Of a DNA stretch of 64,000 bases, positions 13,082-25,917 are shown piece by piece. The notes beneath the pieces were generated by a model that had not been told where the DNA came from, made no database searches, and saw only the letters and a program-made list of their open reading frames with translations. The position numbers and the translations under genes were made by a program. Numbering within the stretch: position 1 is the first letter of the stretch; each line of letters starts with the position of its first letter. Source of the stretch: Amphiscolops sp. MND2022 (lineage: Eukaryota); NCBI GenBank assembly GCA_964187785.1, contig OZ076409.1, positions 35,404,001 through 35,468,000 on the forward strand, given 5' to 3'.

Positions 13082-13498
13082 TCATGGCAACTTCGCGGCA
13101 AATTCATTTTCCTCAGTCTTTGTAGATGTGAAGGAATTTCCTCGTCCGGCTAGGCAGTAGAACTCGTTGTCGTCTAGTTTGATGCCATAAATTTCTTCAA
13201 TTTCTCTAACAGATGGTTCGTTCAGCTCCTCCGTTTCCGCGGGGGGGAGAGGGGTTTCGTTTTCTTGGTTGTTTTTATTCAGGGCAGGCGCTAGCTCGGG
13301 CATATAGTCCGGTTCTTCATTGTCGGATTCACTCTCGTTTTGTGTTTCTGCAACGAAAGCCTCTTCTTCATCAGACTCGAAAGGAAATTCGAGCTCAGCC
13401 TCGCTGCCCCTCCACACTTCTATTGATGAATTTAGCATCAACACCATATTTAAGGGCAGGGTTTTAATAGGAGTACTGTACCTATCAGGGGTGTTCAA
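13082..13498 (-). other. Short acidic ORF (138 aa), unknown; probably a mobile-element remnant
   Basis: Open E/D/P-rich frame in AT-rich context, non-ATG start, no recognisable domain. Confidence 0.25.
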
Positions 13499-15129
13499 TT
13501 AAGTTTGCAAAGAAAAATTATTGCAATTGAACAATTACAATTATTTATTTAGCGACTCGGTGTTCCAACAATTTTTGATTGCGCGTAATCCTGCAGGGTG
13601 ATTATTAATTGCAGTGTAGCATTTTAAAGTATTGGTTTTTTTAGTCGAGCGAAATTTATGATGACTGATTATAGAAAGGAACTTTCGCCAAGCTATTTTT
13701 AGTCTCAAATGTTTTTGATGATAAATGAAGCATTTTGGACTCATTTTGATGTTCAAGAATATTTGTAAATTCAAGTTTCTTCATCAGTTTGTTTGAGTAC
13801 AATAATTTTTTTATTTTTTTTTAGAAGTGGAAAATTACAATATTGATTTTTGTAGGCTCAGATTTGAATAAATTGATTATTTTGAGTCAATATATGACAA
13901 TACAATAATGAACACCCCTGGTACCTATGGTTCTCCTCATCCGATGAGATATCGATAACGAGGGCGTAGTTATCCATTTGGTCAAAAATTTGGTTAAATT
14001 GTTATAATTTAAATTATAACTCAAATTTGAGCAAACTGCTTTTTCCGATTGATGTACGGCAAATGGAGGAGTCAACTTTCCTTCGTAATTTTCACTGAAA
14101 TTTTATTGGCCGGTTTGCTTCCGTCTGCGCTGGGATTGGTCGAAATATGAATTAAAGATTTTGTATTCTATTCTTCGTTTCATTCTTTACTGACGCTGTT
14201 ATGACGTCATCATTTGCCTCATGTCTCACTAGCGAGTGTTTTTCATGTTATTGGTTTTTCTTTTGTCTAATTGTGTCCAAATGGACATTAGACAGACAAG
14301 CTCAAAAGTGCATGTACACTCTATTTGTGATTATTCCACGATCTCCAATTAACCACTATAATTTGTTGTAATAATTATAACAAACTACATTACACATTCA
14401 TGGATTTTTTCTCAGGAACAGTTCTGCTTAAACTTTTTGTTTAGATATATCCCTTGCGAGAAGGAATTTCCAATTCAACAGCTTTGAAGCATCACAATCT
14501 AGCGTGAGCAGAAGATGTCAATCAATACGCCAACATTTGTGTGATGCAAGTAGAGATGCAACTGAGTGAAGTCTCCAAGACAATTTGTACTCCTGAGCCG
14601 CCTGAGATTGGTAGAATTTGTCGGGGCGAAGGCAATTTAGTAGATGAGTTTGCGAATTTATGTCCAGCAGACATAGACGTTGGACAAATCTTGGAGACCT
14701 CACACGTGTGACTAAATCTGATGTTGTCCGATGTATTAGCAATTTGCGAAGGGGCTCCTCCAAATATTAATTTTTTACATCATTTTGTTCTGTGATATAA
14801 ACTTGATAGCTATAAAGTATACTCTGATGTTTTACTTTTATGTCTACCATTGTCTTTGCGACTTTGGTTTTACTTGTAAGTCTTGAATATACAGTTTTAT
14901 TTATATTTATTTCGTTTCAATGCCTGTGAGTCGGGCTGTTCAAAACAGTTTAGTGCCCTGAAGATATTATGAGATAAAGAGAGGGGCTATTAATTTAATC
15001 TTCTGTCTAGCGTGAATTTCTGCTATTTTGGACAAAATTACCAAAAAATAGGGTCTTTTTCACTGAAGAATAGATACGTCTTTTCTATAATCCAGCGCAA
15101 TAGTTGACAACAATTTGTTTTTTTTTCGG

Positions 15130-15590
15130 GAACTCAAATAGAAAGCGTTGAAAACAGGAAAGCTTGCGGTCGGCGTGATCAAACGTCAAAACCACTTCAA
15201 CATGTTATCATCATAATTTTTTTTCAAAAACACATTAACGCGTTTATTCAGATATGAATTTTTCCCGCATTATGAAATGTTTAAACAATATAACGTCTTC
15301 ACCTGATGATGATAGCTAATAAACATTCAAGTGGAAGATATCAAAGATTCATTTTATGTTGCCGCGTTGTTTAATCGTGTCGGTTCGGGTTAGAATCGGG
15401 AATTCCCAAATTCTTGTAGAAACGTTTCCCACCTTTCCAAGTACGAGAGTTTTCACAGAGTATTTTTATTATTCATTCAACTAATTTCACGTAAACGTAA
15501 ACATCTCGCTAGTTGTCTGACTTTTTCTCACAAGAAATCATCTTTCTGTCTTAACACCTTAACAGGTTCTCACATCAGCTGCATCTTCAT
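15130..15590 (+). repeat. Dispersed repeat, diverged copy at ~17240-17930
   Basis: Shared gtcggcgtgat(c/t)aaacgtcaaaa..cagatatgaattttcccgca..gctaataaacattcaagt..gttttcacagagt..cagctgcatctt. Confidence 0.75.
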
Positions 15591-15742
15591 GAAGAAACCT
15601 TATTGCAAAACAAATTTGAAAAATGTATACAGAAACTCACTCATCCCTGTAAGGCAGAATTCAATGCATTGAAACTTGCCCAAGAGGGATGAGTGAATTT
15701 TTGTTTATATTTTTCAAATTTGTACTTCAATAAGCTTTCGTC
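15590..15742. repeat. Imperfect ~150-bp hairpin (MITE-like)
   Basis: caaatttgaaaaat..ctcactcatccct pairs with agggatgagtga..atttttcaaatttg around a central ttcaatgcattgaa. Confidence 0.75.
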
Positions 15743-16199
15743 TTGAGTCAAGTTATTAAAGACTGCCATTCACAATTGTCATCCACGTGTCCCAAAATCA
15801 ATTTCAATGCCCACCAGTCCGCAAGATTGCTGAGCTGTCTTATTTGTATTTTACTGTTATTTAGCGACTTCATTCAGGTATGCAATTAAATATTCTGCGC
15901 GTCAAAGGAAAGTTGAATTGAAACTCAAAAATGTCTGGAAACTTCAGTAATAAGTTAAAGTGTTTCGTTTCCTATAGTAAACAAGAGGTAAAAAACACTT
16001 GCAAAAGAACATGAAAAAGTACAAATTAGATAGCTAAACTCTTAGTAATTGACAGATTAATAATTAGTATTTACAAATTTTTATTATTCGTTTGATATTG
16101 CTGTGGGTTTTTTATTGTGTTTCATGGTTTATGGGGTTTTGAAGCCGTTTCCAGACATTGCGGTATGCACTAATAGCTAATTTGTGTTCTCCCGTCATA

Positions 16200-16541
16200 A
16201 ATTTTTGTGCTTTCCCGTATAATTTTTTTTGGCCAGTTTTTGGTGTACGTCATAGAGAAACAACTGAAACACTGGGAAAATATTTTATTAAATCTGAAAT
16301 GGGAGGTTTTAAATTCATCAAGGGATTCCAAAAATTGACATATACACATGCAGGAGGCTTTAACGGAACATTATTTTGTCTTCGATTTTGTGCTTTTTTC
16401 GTATAAATTTTTTTCGGCCAGTTATTGGTGTACGTCATAGAGAAACAACTGAAACACTGGGAAAATATTTTATTAAATCTGAAATGGGAGGTTTTAAATT
16501 CATCAAGGGATTCCAACAATTGACATATACCCATGCAGGAG
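16200..16541. repeat. ~185-bp tandem duplication; related diverged copies at ~26885-27170
   Basis: Two near-identical copies of tggtgtacgtcatagagaaacaactgaaacactgggaaaat...catgcaggagg. Confidence 0.85.
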
Positions 16542-16870
16542 GCGTCTCGGATTTGTCCAAAAAGCGTCAAAGGAATGAAAATCTTCCAAATGCGGATGAA
16601 AATAAAAGTAAAAACGATTGAAAATAAACGTGTCTCGGATTTGTCCAAAACGCGTCACAGGAATTAAAACATTCCAAACGCGGATAAAAATGAAGGTAAA
16701 AACGAATGAAACTCAAGGTGTCTCGGATTTGTCCAAAAAGCATCAAAGAAATAAAAACAATGGAAATGCGTATGAAAATGAAAGTAAAAACAATGAAAAT
16801 CAACGTGTCTCGGATTTGTCCGAAAAGCGTGACAGGAATGAAAACATTCCAAAAGCGGATGAAATTAAAA
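16542..16870 (+). repeat. 88-bp satellite array
   Basis: Unit aaaatcaacgtgtctcggatttgtccaaaaagcgtcacaggaatgaaaacattccaaatgcggatgaaaataaaagtaaaaacgattg; period 88 measured (16544 to 16632). Confidence 0.95.
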
Positions 16871-17078
16871 TTGTTCATTTCTTTGGAAGGAGAGTTGCTT
16901 CTCCGCTCGGCTGGACCGTACCTGAATTCTCACAAAAAGTGATCACATCAGCAGTCTGCCTGCCAGGCTAGAAATAGAGGAGCAGCTGCTAGAGATCACC
17001 CTTCATGCAGAGGTCCAACCGAGACTAATTTATATTGGTAACTGCGAAAGCTGTTACCATGCTAGAACACTGTATGAT
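16871..17078 (+). repeat. ~200-nt structured module following the satellite (copy 1 of 4)
   Basis: Near-identical to 34450-34657 and 36099-36306; diverged inverted copy at 31885-32072; nested inverted repeats. Confidence 0.85.
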
Positions 17079-18000
17079 TTCAATGCAAACTAGGTCGCGA
17101 TAATGGTATTTGACCCTTCTGTCTTATTCCCCCCCAGCCACAGTTTGGGGGGGGGGGATTGAACACATGGTCCACAAACTTAGACAAAACCATGGAACCT
17201 TTTCTATAATTCAACGCAGACCTCATATTGTTTTAATTTTCAGGAAATCTGAACAAACTTTAGAGCAAAAAAGCATCTTGTCGGCGTGATTAAACGTCAA
17301 AATTACTTCAACACTTTATCATCAGATGATAATTATTTCAAAACACAATAACGCGTTCAACGTTTAACGTTTATAATGCGGGAAAAGTTCATATCTGATT
17401 ATAGTCAGATATGAATTTTCCCGCAATATGAAACATTTTAAACATAACGTTTTTGAAAGGATCGATCGCTAATAAACATTCAAGTCGAATATATCAACGA
17501 GTCATTCCAATCCATGATATCGCCAGCCGAAGAGTCAAACACTGAATGTCTTTTGAATGTTGAAAACCGAAAATTCCAAGCCGATTACGACTGGAGTATA
17601 GTCTAAATTCCCATGTGAGATTCCCATATGTGAATTGAGTAGTTGGAATTCACACTTCCATAGAGCATCGAAAGCTATTGCATTAATAAAACAATTACAT
17701 TATTAACATATTGCGAACTTCTTTCTTCTTGCTCGGCACAGTCAACTCTGTGAAAACTATCGTACTTGGAAAGGTGTGAAAATTTCTACATGATATGTAT
17801 TATGTACATTTTATGTATATAGAATCCTTTCACACCTTTTCAAGTACGACAGTTTTCACAGAGTCATCCTTACACCTCAACACATCAACATTTACCACCT
17901 CAATATCTTCTCACACCAGCTGCATCTTTATTATATTTTGCCGAACAGTGAGTAACTGTAAACCATTTTTCAGATTTTCCTTATAATTGCGACTTGAATC

Positions 18001-18403
18001 GACTCTTTTCTGTTTCCCCACCCCACCACCAAAATTTTTGGAAGTAAATTTTCTTAAAAACTTTAGACTAGTCTAATTAAAAGTAAAACCGTATTTCATA
18101 ATGGGAAGTTAACGTCTATTGAAATAGTTTTTTGCTTGAAAAAAACATTGTTCACGCTTTTTGACTATGATTATGTTCGTATTAAGTTTTTATTGATGAC
18201 TTAAAACAGGAAGCTGTTGATTTCTTCATCAAAAATGTGTGACTACTCATTGAAAAAGTGTGAACAAAGTTTTTATCGGAATCCTAAACTGTCACACTAA
18301 GAATAAATGCAAATTTGAAGATTTCTGGTTTGTATTCAAGTCTTTTTGGTATACGATTTCCACTAATTTTCCAGGGAACTTTCCCTGTTAACAGAAAAGA
18401 GCC
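18001..18403. mobile_element. MITE with GGCTCTTTTCTG-type TIR and 8-bp TSD (Merlin-like)
   Basis: TSD cttgaatc at 17993-18000 and 18404-18411; internal sequence shared with 43703-44114 and 44499-44912. Confidence 0.85.
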
Positions 18404-19189
18404 CTTGAATCATATTATTCACTAGCTACCATTCACTTCACACTGTCATTATGATGTCTTCCCACGAATGCGAAGGGTCCCCATGAGTCCGAAATCTAAT
18501 CTTGCAAAAAACATTCATGTAAAAAATCAGCAAAGAACCATTTGCTACTTGGTAATCAAAACATTAATCATTGGAATGCCAAAAAATATATTTAATATCG
18601 ACTTTCATTTTTTTGTTTTTTGACTTTTTTTAACTAGTTACTTAGTTAATTCAATTCAATTCAATTTTCTGTAAGACTCGCTTTTCCAACGCTGAGTATA
18701 GCTATATTTTAATTAAATACCGGGAGAAAGTTGCAAAAGAACTAAAATAGGAACAAAACGTCTCAACATTCTTTCGGATTCGTGGGAATCAAAATTTATG
18801 TTCGGACTCGTGAATATAAATTATCATTATTATCATTATGAATGTCTATTCTGTGCAAGATTACTTTCGGACAAGTGACCGACTGAGCTTTCATGAGATA
18901 TTTTCCGCCATCAAATACAAACAAATGAGTTGTAATAATTATTACACTTTAGTGTTATTACTTCACAGGAACTTTAGAAAACGTTATTCATTTTTCATCC
19001 CTGATCCAGATATAATCCTTGTTTATCCGTGAGTACGTATTTGTGACCATGTTTTTTAATCCCCCTTGAGATACAAAACACAGTTTAAAGACCATAATGT
19101 AAAAATAGATGTCTTTACAATATGGTATTTTAATCGTTTATAACGTTTTTACTCCAGTCATAGCTACGAAGAAAATAGCTATGAAAAAA

Positions 19190-19645
19190 ACGAAAAAAAA
19201 TCAACGTGTCTCGGATTTGTCCAAAAAGCGTCACAGGAATGAAAACCTTCCAAATGCGTATGGAAATGAAAGAAAAAACGATTGAAAATCAACGGGTCCC
19301 GGATTTATCCAAAAAGCGTCACAGGAAAGAAAACATTCCAAATGCGGATGAAAATAAAAGTAAAAACGATTGAAAATCAACGTGTCTCTACTTTGTCCAA
19401 AAAGCCTCAAAGGAATAAAAGCATTTCAAATGCGTATGAAAACGAAAGTAAAAACGAATGAAAACTTTCATTGATTAATTTGTTGATTAACCAACGTGTC
19501 TCGGATTGTCCAAAAAGCAACAAAAGGATGAAAATATTCCAGATGCGATTGAAAATGAAAACTATGCCTAAACGAAAATCAGCATGTCTCGGACTTGTCC
19601 AGACAGCGTCAAAGCGATGAAAACATTCCAAATAAGGATGAAAAT
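19190..19645 (+). repeat. 88-bp satellite array (diverged)
   Basis: About five copies of the caacgtgtctcggatttgtcc unit. Confidence 0.9.
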
Positions 19646-19822
19646 GATTTACAAGAAAAAGACAATCTTGAAAATAATTTTTCAACCGAGGAAGATATTA
19701 CCGTGCCCGGAATATCAGAAAATGATAGAAATGGGGAAATGAAAGAAAATACTAGTTCCAGAGTAGGGAAGTATAATCTTCGACCTAACCCCACCCCAAC
19801 TACACTTTTGAATACAGATATT
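19645..19822 (+). mobile_element. Probable 3' end of a Gypsy-type pol (post-integrase tail)
   Basis: Acidic tail ending GKYNLRPNPTP, then after a frameshift NYTFEYRY-stop. The Y-x-L-R-P tail resembles Ty3/Gypsy pol C-termini; the upstream part is absent. Confidence 0.45.
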
Positions 19823-20068
19823 AGACTCAAAACTGAATTTTCGTCACCTCCATTTTAATAAGTATAGTGTTTTTCAGGGGGCACAACAGATTAACTGATT
19901 TAGTACTAGAATAACCTAACTTTCAGGCAGCACAATAACAAATGAATACAAAGCTGCACTCAACAACTTTACAAATCAAACTGAAAAGAAATATAAAGCC
20001 GGAAACATAAATAACATCAGACAACATGTAAGATTGGCTATCAATGCGTGACACGCGAAGTTTAAACA

Positions 20069-23000
20069 TCAATCCTTTGAAGAGCTTTCTCTCAGACTTG
20101 TGACACTCCGAGCAACGTCAGATTTGCTCAAACTGCCGAAACATTGACTGGTCCGAACTCGACGGGATGCGCGAAGAGGAGCCATCTCAGACGAAAATCC
20201 CTCTGGTCCACGAACCTTGGTTCGTCGTGGGCCTGCTCGTGACGCTTGAAGACTTTTGTAGCTGGCTGAAAGCCTCTTATGAATCTTTGCTCGACCAAAG
20301 AGGTCGACACTGCGCCAAGGATCATAGGTTGCGTCGAGTCCACTGTCTCCGAAATCAGCAGTCAGGGCATGGAAATCCTCGAGAGCACTATCAGAGGTAC
20401 ATACAGGTACCGAGTAAGGAAGGTTGGCGAGGATAGATTGTACAGGCATGATAACATCCGTAGAACGACAATTCAAACTATCAGTGGTAACCGCTCCGAA
20501 ACGAACGACTGGCAATGTAGAGGACTTATCGGTTAAACATAAGCAGCTAAGTTTGAACAGATAGTAAATATGTCCGCGTTCTTTGAGAGCTGGCAAATTA
20601 GACAAGAAGTCAACAATGTCATGCAAGGCACTAGGGCTTGAAGTCAATGAGACACGAGACCCCCTCAGATGGGTGAGAACTCCAATATACTCATCCCGGC
20701 AGATTTGCTCATTGGTGTCTTGTACCCATCCTCGAAGTCTGAACCCACGGTAAAGATCGGCGAAACATCGGGTGGCGAAATTAAGGGGCATCTCGAACAT
20801 GACGTAGGGATCGAAACTGGCCATCCCCCGGACGTTATTTGTAGTCATTGTCACATGTTTTCTGACTCCTTCAATCAGAAAGAGGTAGTAATGGCGAGCC
20901 AGATCACAAAATTCTTTTTTGAGTTCGGCAACTAGATCATCAGCCTTCGCTCGGTCCAGCTTCTTATCGCTGAGTTCAGCAGCTGCCTTCCTGTTCAAAG
21001 CTTGTTCCAATTTCTGACTTAAGTTAAGTCTGTGCAGGAAGTCGTCGGGTAGAAGAGCCTCCTGGCCTTCAAGGTGCAGGGACAAAAGGCCGACCCAGTC
21101 ATCATCAGCAGGGATACAACGGTCAATCAAGCAGCGGACGCATAACTTACGGATAAAGCGGGAGAGTTGTCCGAACACATAAAACCCAGCATCGCGCTTA
21201 TTGTTCAAAGATCGGTCGAAGCAAGAAACGACTGAAACCAAATATACACAATCATGTGATCTAACCGAAGTAGGAGTTAGTAAACAACAAAGTTGGCATT
21301 GTTTTAAACAAGTGTTTTAAACAAGGGATAAAAAACATGTTTTAAATAGCATTGAAAAAAAACAATATTTTTTATTTTGTTTTCTTTCCCACTACAGTAT
21401 TATGACACAAAGCTTGTCTTCTGTGTCTTCTGTTTTGGAAAACTACTTAAACCTCTTGTACAATCATTTTCAAGGGGCTTCTCTTACTTCATCTTAAAAC
21501 GTAAAGGGCTTTGAATATTTTCGACATTGTAAGTCCGATATCATTCCTGAAATTAAAAAAATTGACTGTGTTGTTTGTTTTTATTAGACGAGTCTGTAGT
21601 TATTTAGCATTTCTTTAAAAAACAATAAAAAATAAAAAACATGCATTTTTCGAAAAATTCAAAAAAACTGTGTAAAACAAAAAAAACATGTTTAAATCGC
21701 AACCTTGGTAAACAACGTACTCACAGTCATGGATGATACGGGAGAAAAGCTCGAGACGCACAGTGAAGAGGTCGTCCATTAGGATCATCCAATCTAGGGA
21801 TTGAGGCTAAAAAACAAGATTAAGGATTGCTACAGTGGATTAGTGGATGACAAGAACTCAGGGGAGTGACTCCTAAAGAGGAAGTAAACATTGTTTCTGA
21901 TTCCTTGCCATTCTTGCTTCCGACTGTACTTTCGGAGGAAGGAAGAAACCTCTGTCCAATGGGTCAACAGTTCATGGCACAGGTGAGGCAAAGACAGCAA
22001 GTCAAATTTGCAAGCGACAATGGCCTGGGAAAGAAAAACAGGAAGGCAACATAAACTCTTTCAATGGAACATTGATGACAATGTGAGGACACGTGACATA
22101 AAATATACATTACCTTGGATAATTCAGGGCATTCCAATGTCCAGGGACAAGTCAGACTGCCACCAAGAGACACGATCAAGCCTTGCAGGACTGAAAAGAA
22201 ATCAATTCGCTGGAAGACACTATGGCTGTCTCGGTGCATGATGGTCTGTAAATCCACGCTCTCAAAGCGGAAAGGGGATTGTAAAGTCCGCTTGAATATC
22301 CCTGAATCATCCACTGTCTGCACAAAATCAACAGGGAAACCAGAGCAGGCTACGAACTGTGGTCTGGTGGACACCACGGACAGAAGACGGGACAGGGCTC
22401 CCAACTCTCCTGCTAGCGGGGGACTTTGTACTCCGAAACGGCAAAGGAAGACTTTCACGAGGTTGTCGTCTTTCCAAAAACGCACAAACACGAATTTGAA
22501 TCGTCCAGATTCCTCAATTTCTAGAGCAAATTGTCCTGTGATCAATAAGTGCTGTCCCAGATCTTTCATAAGGCACACAAAGAAGTGATGGAAGATAGCC
22601 TGAAAAAAACTCAAATTACAACAACATAAAGTCGTAACTACAAATAGGGAAAACACAATTTACAGACACTATAAGAGGATAGTTTGACTACAAAGAAAGC
22701 AACTACAGGTGAAATACGAGTACTTACTGTGATTCTCTCATCACTCCGGTCGAAATCGGAAAAGAGGCTTTGATGGTTGGTGAAGGTACCAACATTAGTC
22801 CAGATACTGCGCAATTGAGCAAAATTTCCTCCTGTCTTGAGATAATCACCAATGAGACACAGCTGAGTATACGATCGACTAGTTCCTGGCGTGACACTGA
22901 CCCTTGAGGCCTTGAAATCTTCGTAAAAGGGAAGTTTGTCTCCAATTTCTACCAGTTCTTCCTTAATGAACTTGGGTAATTCCTGCTCCAACTCGAGGTG

Positions 23001-24515
23001 CCCCAGCAAATTACCTCTCTTGTCCCTGACGAAATGGCTCACATTCCCGGTAATGGGATCAGTCTTTCTGAGATGTACGTAACGCCATTTCTGGTCTCTC
23101 CTAAAGTGTTCACGAGAGGAAAAATGACGCTTGACTTCAGCTGCTCCTTTGCCGTATATAGAAACATTGCGGCAGCAGATCTGACAATAGAAGCAGTGAG
23201 GGTTCTCGAGAGGGTTCATTGGTCCGGAGACAAACACTCGGGCCCATTCAATCTTTCGAAAGTAGCTCTCCTTGAAAATCTTGTCGGGCCTGCTCATTCT
23301 GGTTCTCTTGAGAGGAGGATCCCCGACTGCTACCGTCCTAGTGGACTTGACACCACTTCTGGCATGACAGTATTCGGAAAAAGCTTCTTTCTGAAGAGAA
23401 ATCCTCTCTTGGCTGCTACCTGATGCCTCAGGAGTTTGTGGTCCACTAGACCCCAGGTTGGAGTGAGACCTTTCAATAGGAGCAACTTCAAGGTCTGTAT
23501 TGCTTAAAAAGCCTATATCGCTCTCTCCAGTCTGAATTGCTCCGCTGGTATAGCTTTCAGAGTCACTGGTAACAGGGCAGATGTTACTTTCAGCGGAAGA
23601 ACCGGCTAACGACGGCAAAGGGGTTGCGGCTCGGAATCTACTGGAAGGTTGTGGTCTCTGGGACTGTGGCTGGGGAACAGAGCCACCCGGTAGCCGAGAA
23701 GCGCGTTGGAGCAGTCCGCTCATCATTTCAAACGACGCGTGGGCAGTCTCGTCACAAGCGACCCGGATTAAATTATACACCTGCTCCTCGCTGAAAGCTA
23801 CTGTAGTGTGATCCTTAGATAGTTCGACAGGTGGATTTTGATCAAAATACTTCTTTAGTAAGGAGCGACTTGGGCAACTAAGTCGTCTCAAGAATGGGAA
23901 AGGATCCAAGGAATTTAATACTGGATCACCCCTCGAGTTCTCAACATCAGTCTGGCCGCCATCAGCAGTGTCCGTATCTAGGTCCCCCACTTGGCCCGCC
24001 AATTGATGAGGTCGGTACAACACTGAGAAACATGATTCCCCTTTAGCTGCCTCTTTAAGAAGTGTTGGTTCAGTGAAGAGCGGTTCAGAGTTGGGTACCT
24101 TTGTACAATCCCCTAAACTGAGGACATCGGAGTCGCTGTCTCGCAATAGGTCGTTGGACAGAAAAGCAGTAGTAGGAGGAGGCTTATCAGTGAAGGAAAA
24201 GAGAACTTCCTTGGTGGAATAATCTTTCTCTCCGCTGGCAACCTGGTCAACTGGTAGGGGTGTAGATGAAGTAGGACATGAAGCGGTGGCTGCGGTGGGA
24301 GCAGGGGAATTGGCCTCGGTCTGAGGATCACCTTCATAGTTAGGAGTTGAAGCCTGAGCAATTTGCGCTTGAACCACGTTATCACAGGCGTTTCGGTTTA
24401 CATCCTCTTGCTCCTCTTGCGAACTTCCACTCGAAGCGAACAAGGCAGAATGAGAGCTTGGGACTCCAGCATTGTCTTGCTGAGTTTTTTCTGTTGATTC
24501 TTTTCCGGCTGACAT
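20069..24515 (-). CDS. Spliced ~1,200-aa protein with a BED-like C2H2 zinc finger and an hAT-transposase-like body lacking canonical catalytic motifs
   Basis: Exons 24515-22728, 22599-22114, 22024-~21890 (weak donor), 21806-21725 and 21231-20069; GT-AG with compatible phases and no stops. Motifs: FYCQICCRNVSIYGKGAAEVKRHFSSREH; FALEIEESG..FVFVRFW..VKVFL; DIVDFLSNLPALKE..YYLFKLSCLCL. Confidence 0.7.
21288..21707 (+). mobile_element. hAT non-autonomous element inside an intron
   Basis: TIR caa(a/g)gttg; perfect 8-bp TSD gtaaacaa (21280-87, 21708-15); internal remnant FRHCKSDIIPEI. Confidence 0.9.
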
Positions 24516-25374
24516 GCTGAAACGGAAAGGAAACATAAATTTCTCAATGTTCACGAAATGTTTATAGGCGAAGTGGTGAAAGAGGTTTTCAAACAATTAC
24601 GACTCGAGTCACCCAGGGTATACCTTGATACAAGTTTAGGTGGTCATGACTACAACACCAGAAGAAAACAAAAAGGTCTGCTACCTTCTACATACAACAG
24701 ACTGGTTCTAAAATAGCGTTTTAAAGTTTAACTAATGTACTCAGAAAAGCCTACAATTGGCTTCATATACTCAATTTAATTCCTCCGGAACTGAGGAACT
24801 TTACTGCGGAGCAAGTCAATAAAATTGTAAGAAACATAAATGAAGTCTACGTAATCGATAACAAGGAACTATTCGAATTCTTTTTTCTAATTCCACAAAA
24901 CCTGAAAATTCATTGCGGAATAAAAAAACGACGCTTGTTGTTCACAGACACAGAAACTTGGTTCTCTTGGGCAAAAGCTCGACGAGCTGGAAAGCTCTTC
25001 TTTTGTCCTTTTCTAAAAGATACCTTCTGAGAAAAAATCCATTTAGAGCCACATTTAGCCACGGAAGCAAAATTGAAACTTTTCCACGTGTTCAAAACGT
25101 GTATTTTTGATGGAGGAAGTATCTAGGAAGTAGATTGAAAGTCGAGATGTCGGACTTGGTAACCTCCTGTAAACAAATTTCACAAATTGGTTACCGAGTC
25201 CTTATGCTGTATTTTTAAGGAGGCACTCAGCTCATGAGATACATAGTATCCCACTTGACGGGACCCACGACGAGAACGTGGCCTCCGTTGGGTCTCAAAA
25301 TCTAAATTTTGGGCAAAATAGCTGTTAAAATATGGAAATCAGCTATTGAAATAGGAATTAGATCTAAAACCTAG

Positions 25375-25917
25375 GTCGTTGCGATTTAAACATGTTTTTT
25401 TCGTTTTATACGTTTTTTTTCGAAAAATGCATGTTTTTTGTTTTTTTTCAAAGAAATGCAAAATAACTGCACACAGCCGGTAAAAGAGACAAAGCAAACT
25501 GCAAAATCCTTCCAGGAAAGCCCATACGTAATCCCAGCTTCCACCATGAGGTTGTAGATGCCTCTTCAAAATTTTCAAAAACACTTGGCGCAAAGGGATC
25601 TTCTTTTGCTAAAACTTTCATGACTTCAGGCATGATATCGGCCTTACAATGTCGAATCTTTTCAAGGCTCATTACGTTTTCAGATGAAGTAAGCGACACT
25701 AGTAGAAAAAAAAACAAATTAAACAACATTGTTTTTTTCAATGCTGCTTAAGCAGCATTGAAAAAAAACAATGTTGTTTATTTTGTTTTTTCCCCACTAC
25801 AGTTTCTTTTACCTTCTTTAAACAAGTGGTTTAAACAAGGGTTTAAAAACATGTTTTGATCAAAACATGTTTTATAACCCTTGTTTAAAACACTCGTTTA
25901 AAACAATGCCAACTTTG
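25375..25917 (-). mobile_element. hAT deletion derivative, same family as 21288-21707, inverted
   Basis: Same terminal sequences; internal frame IRHCKADIMPEVM...TSWWKLG...ALSLLPAVCS resembles an hAT C-terminal dimerisation region. No clean TSD. Confidence 0.75.
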
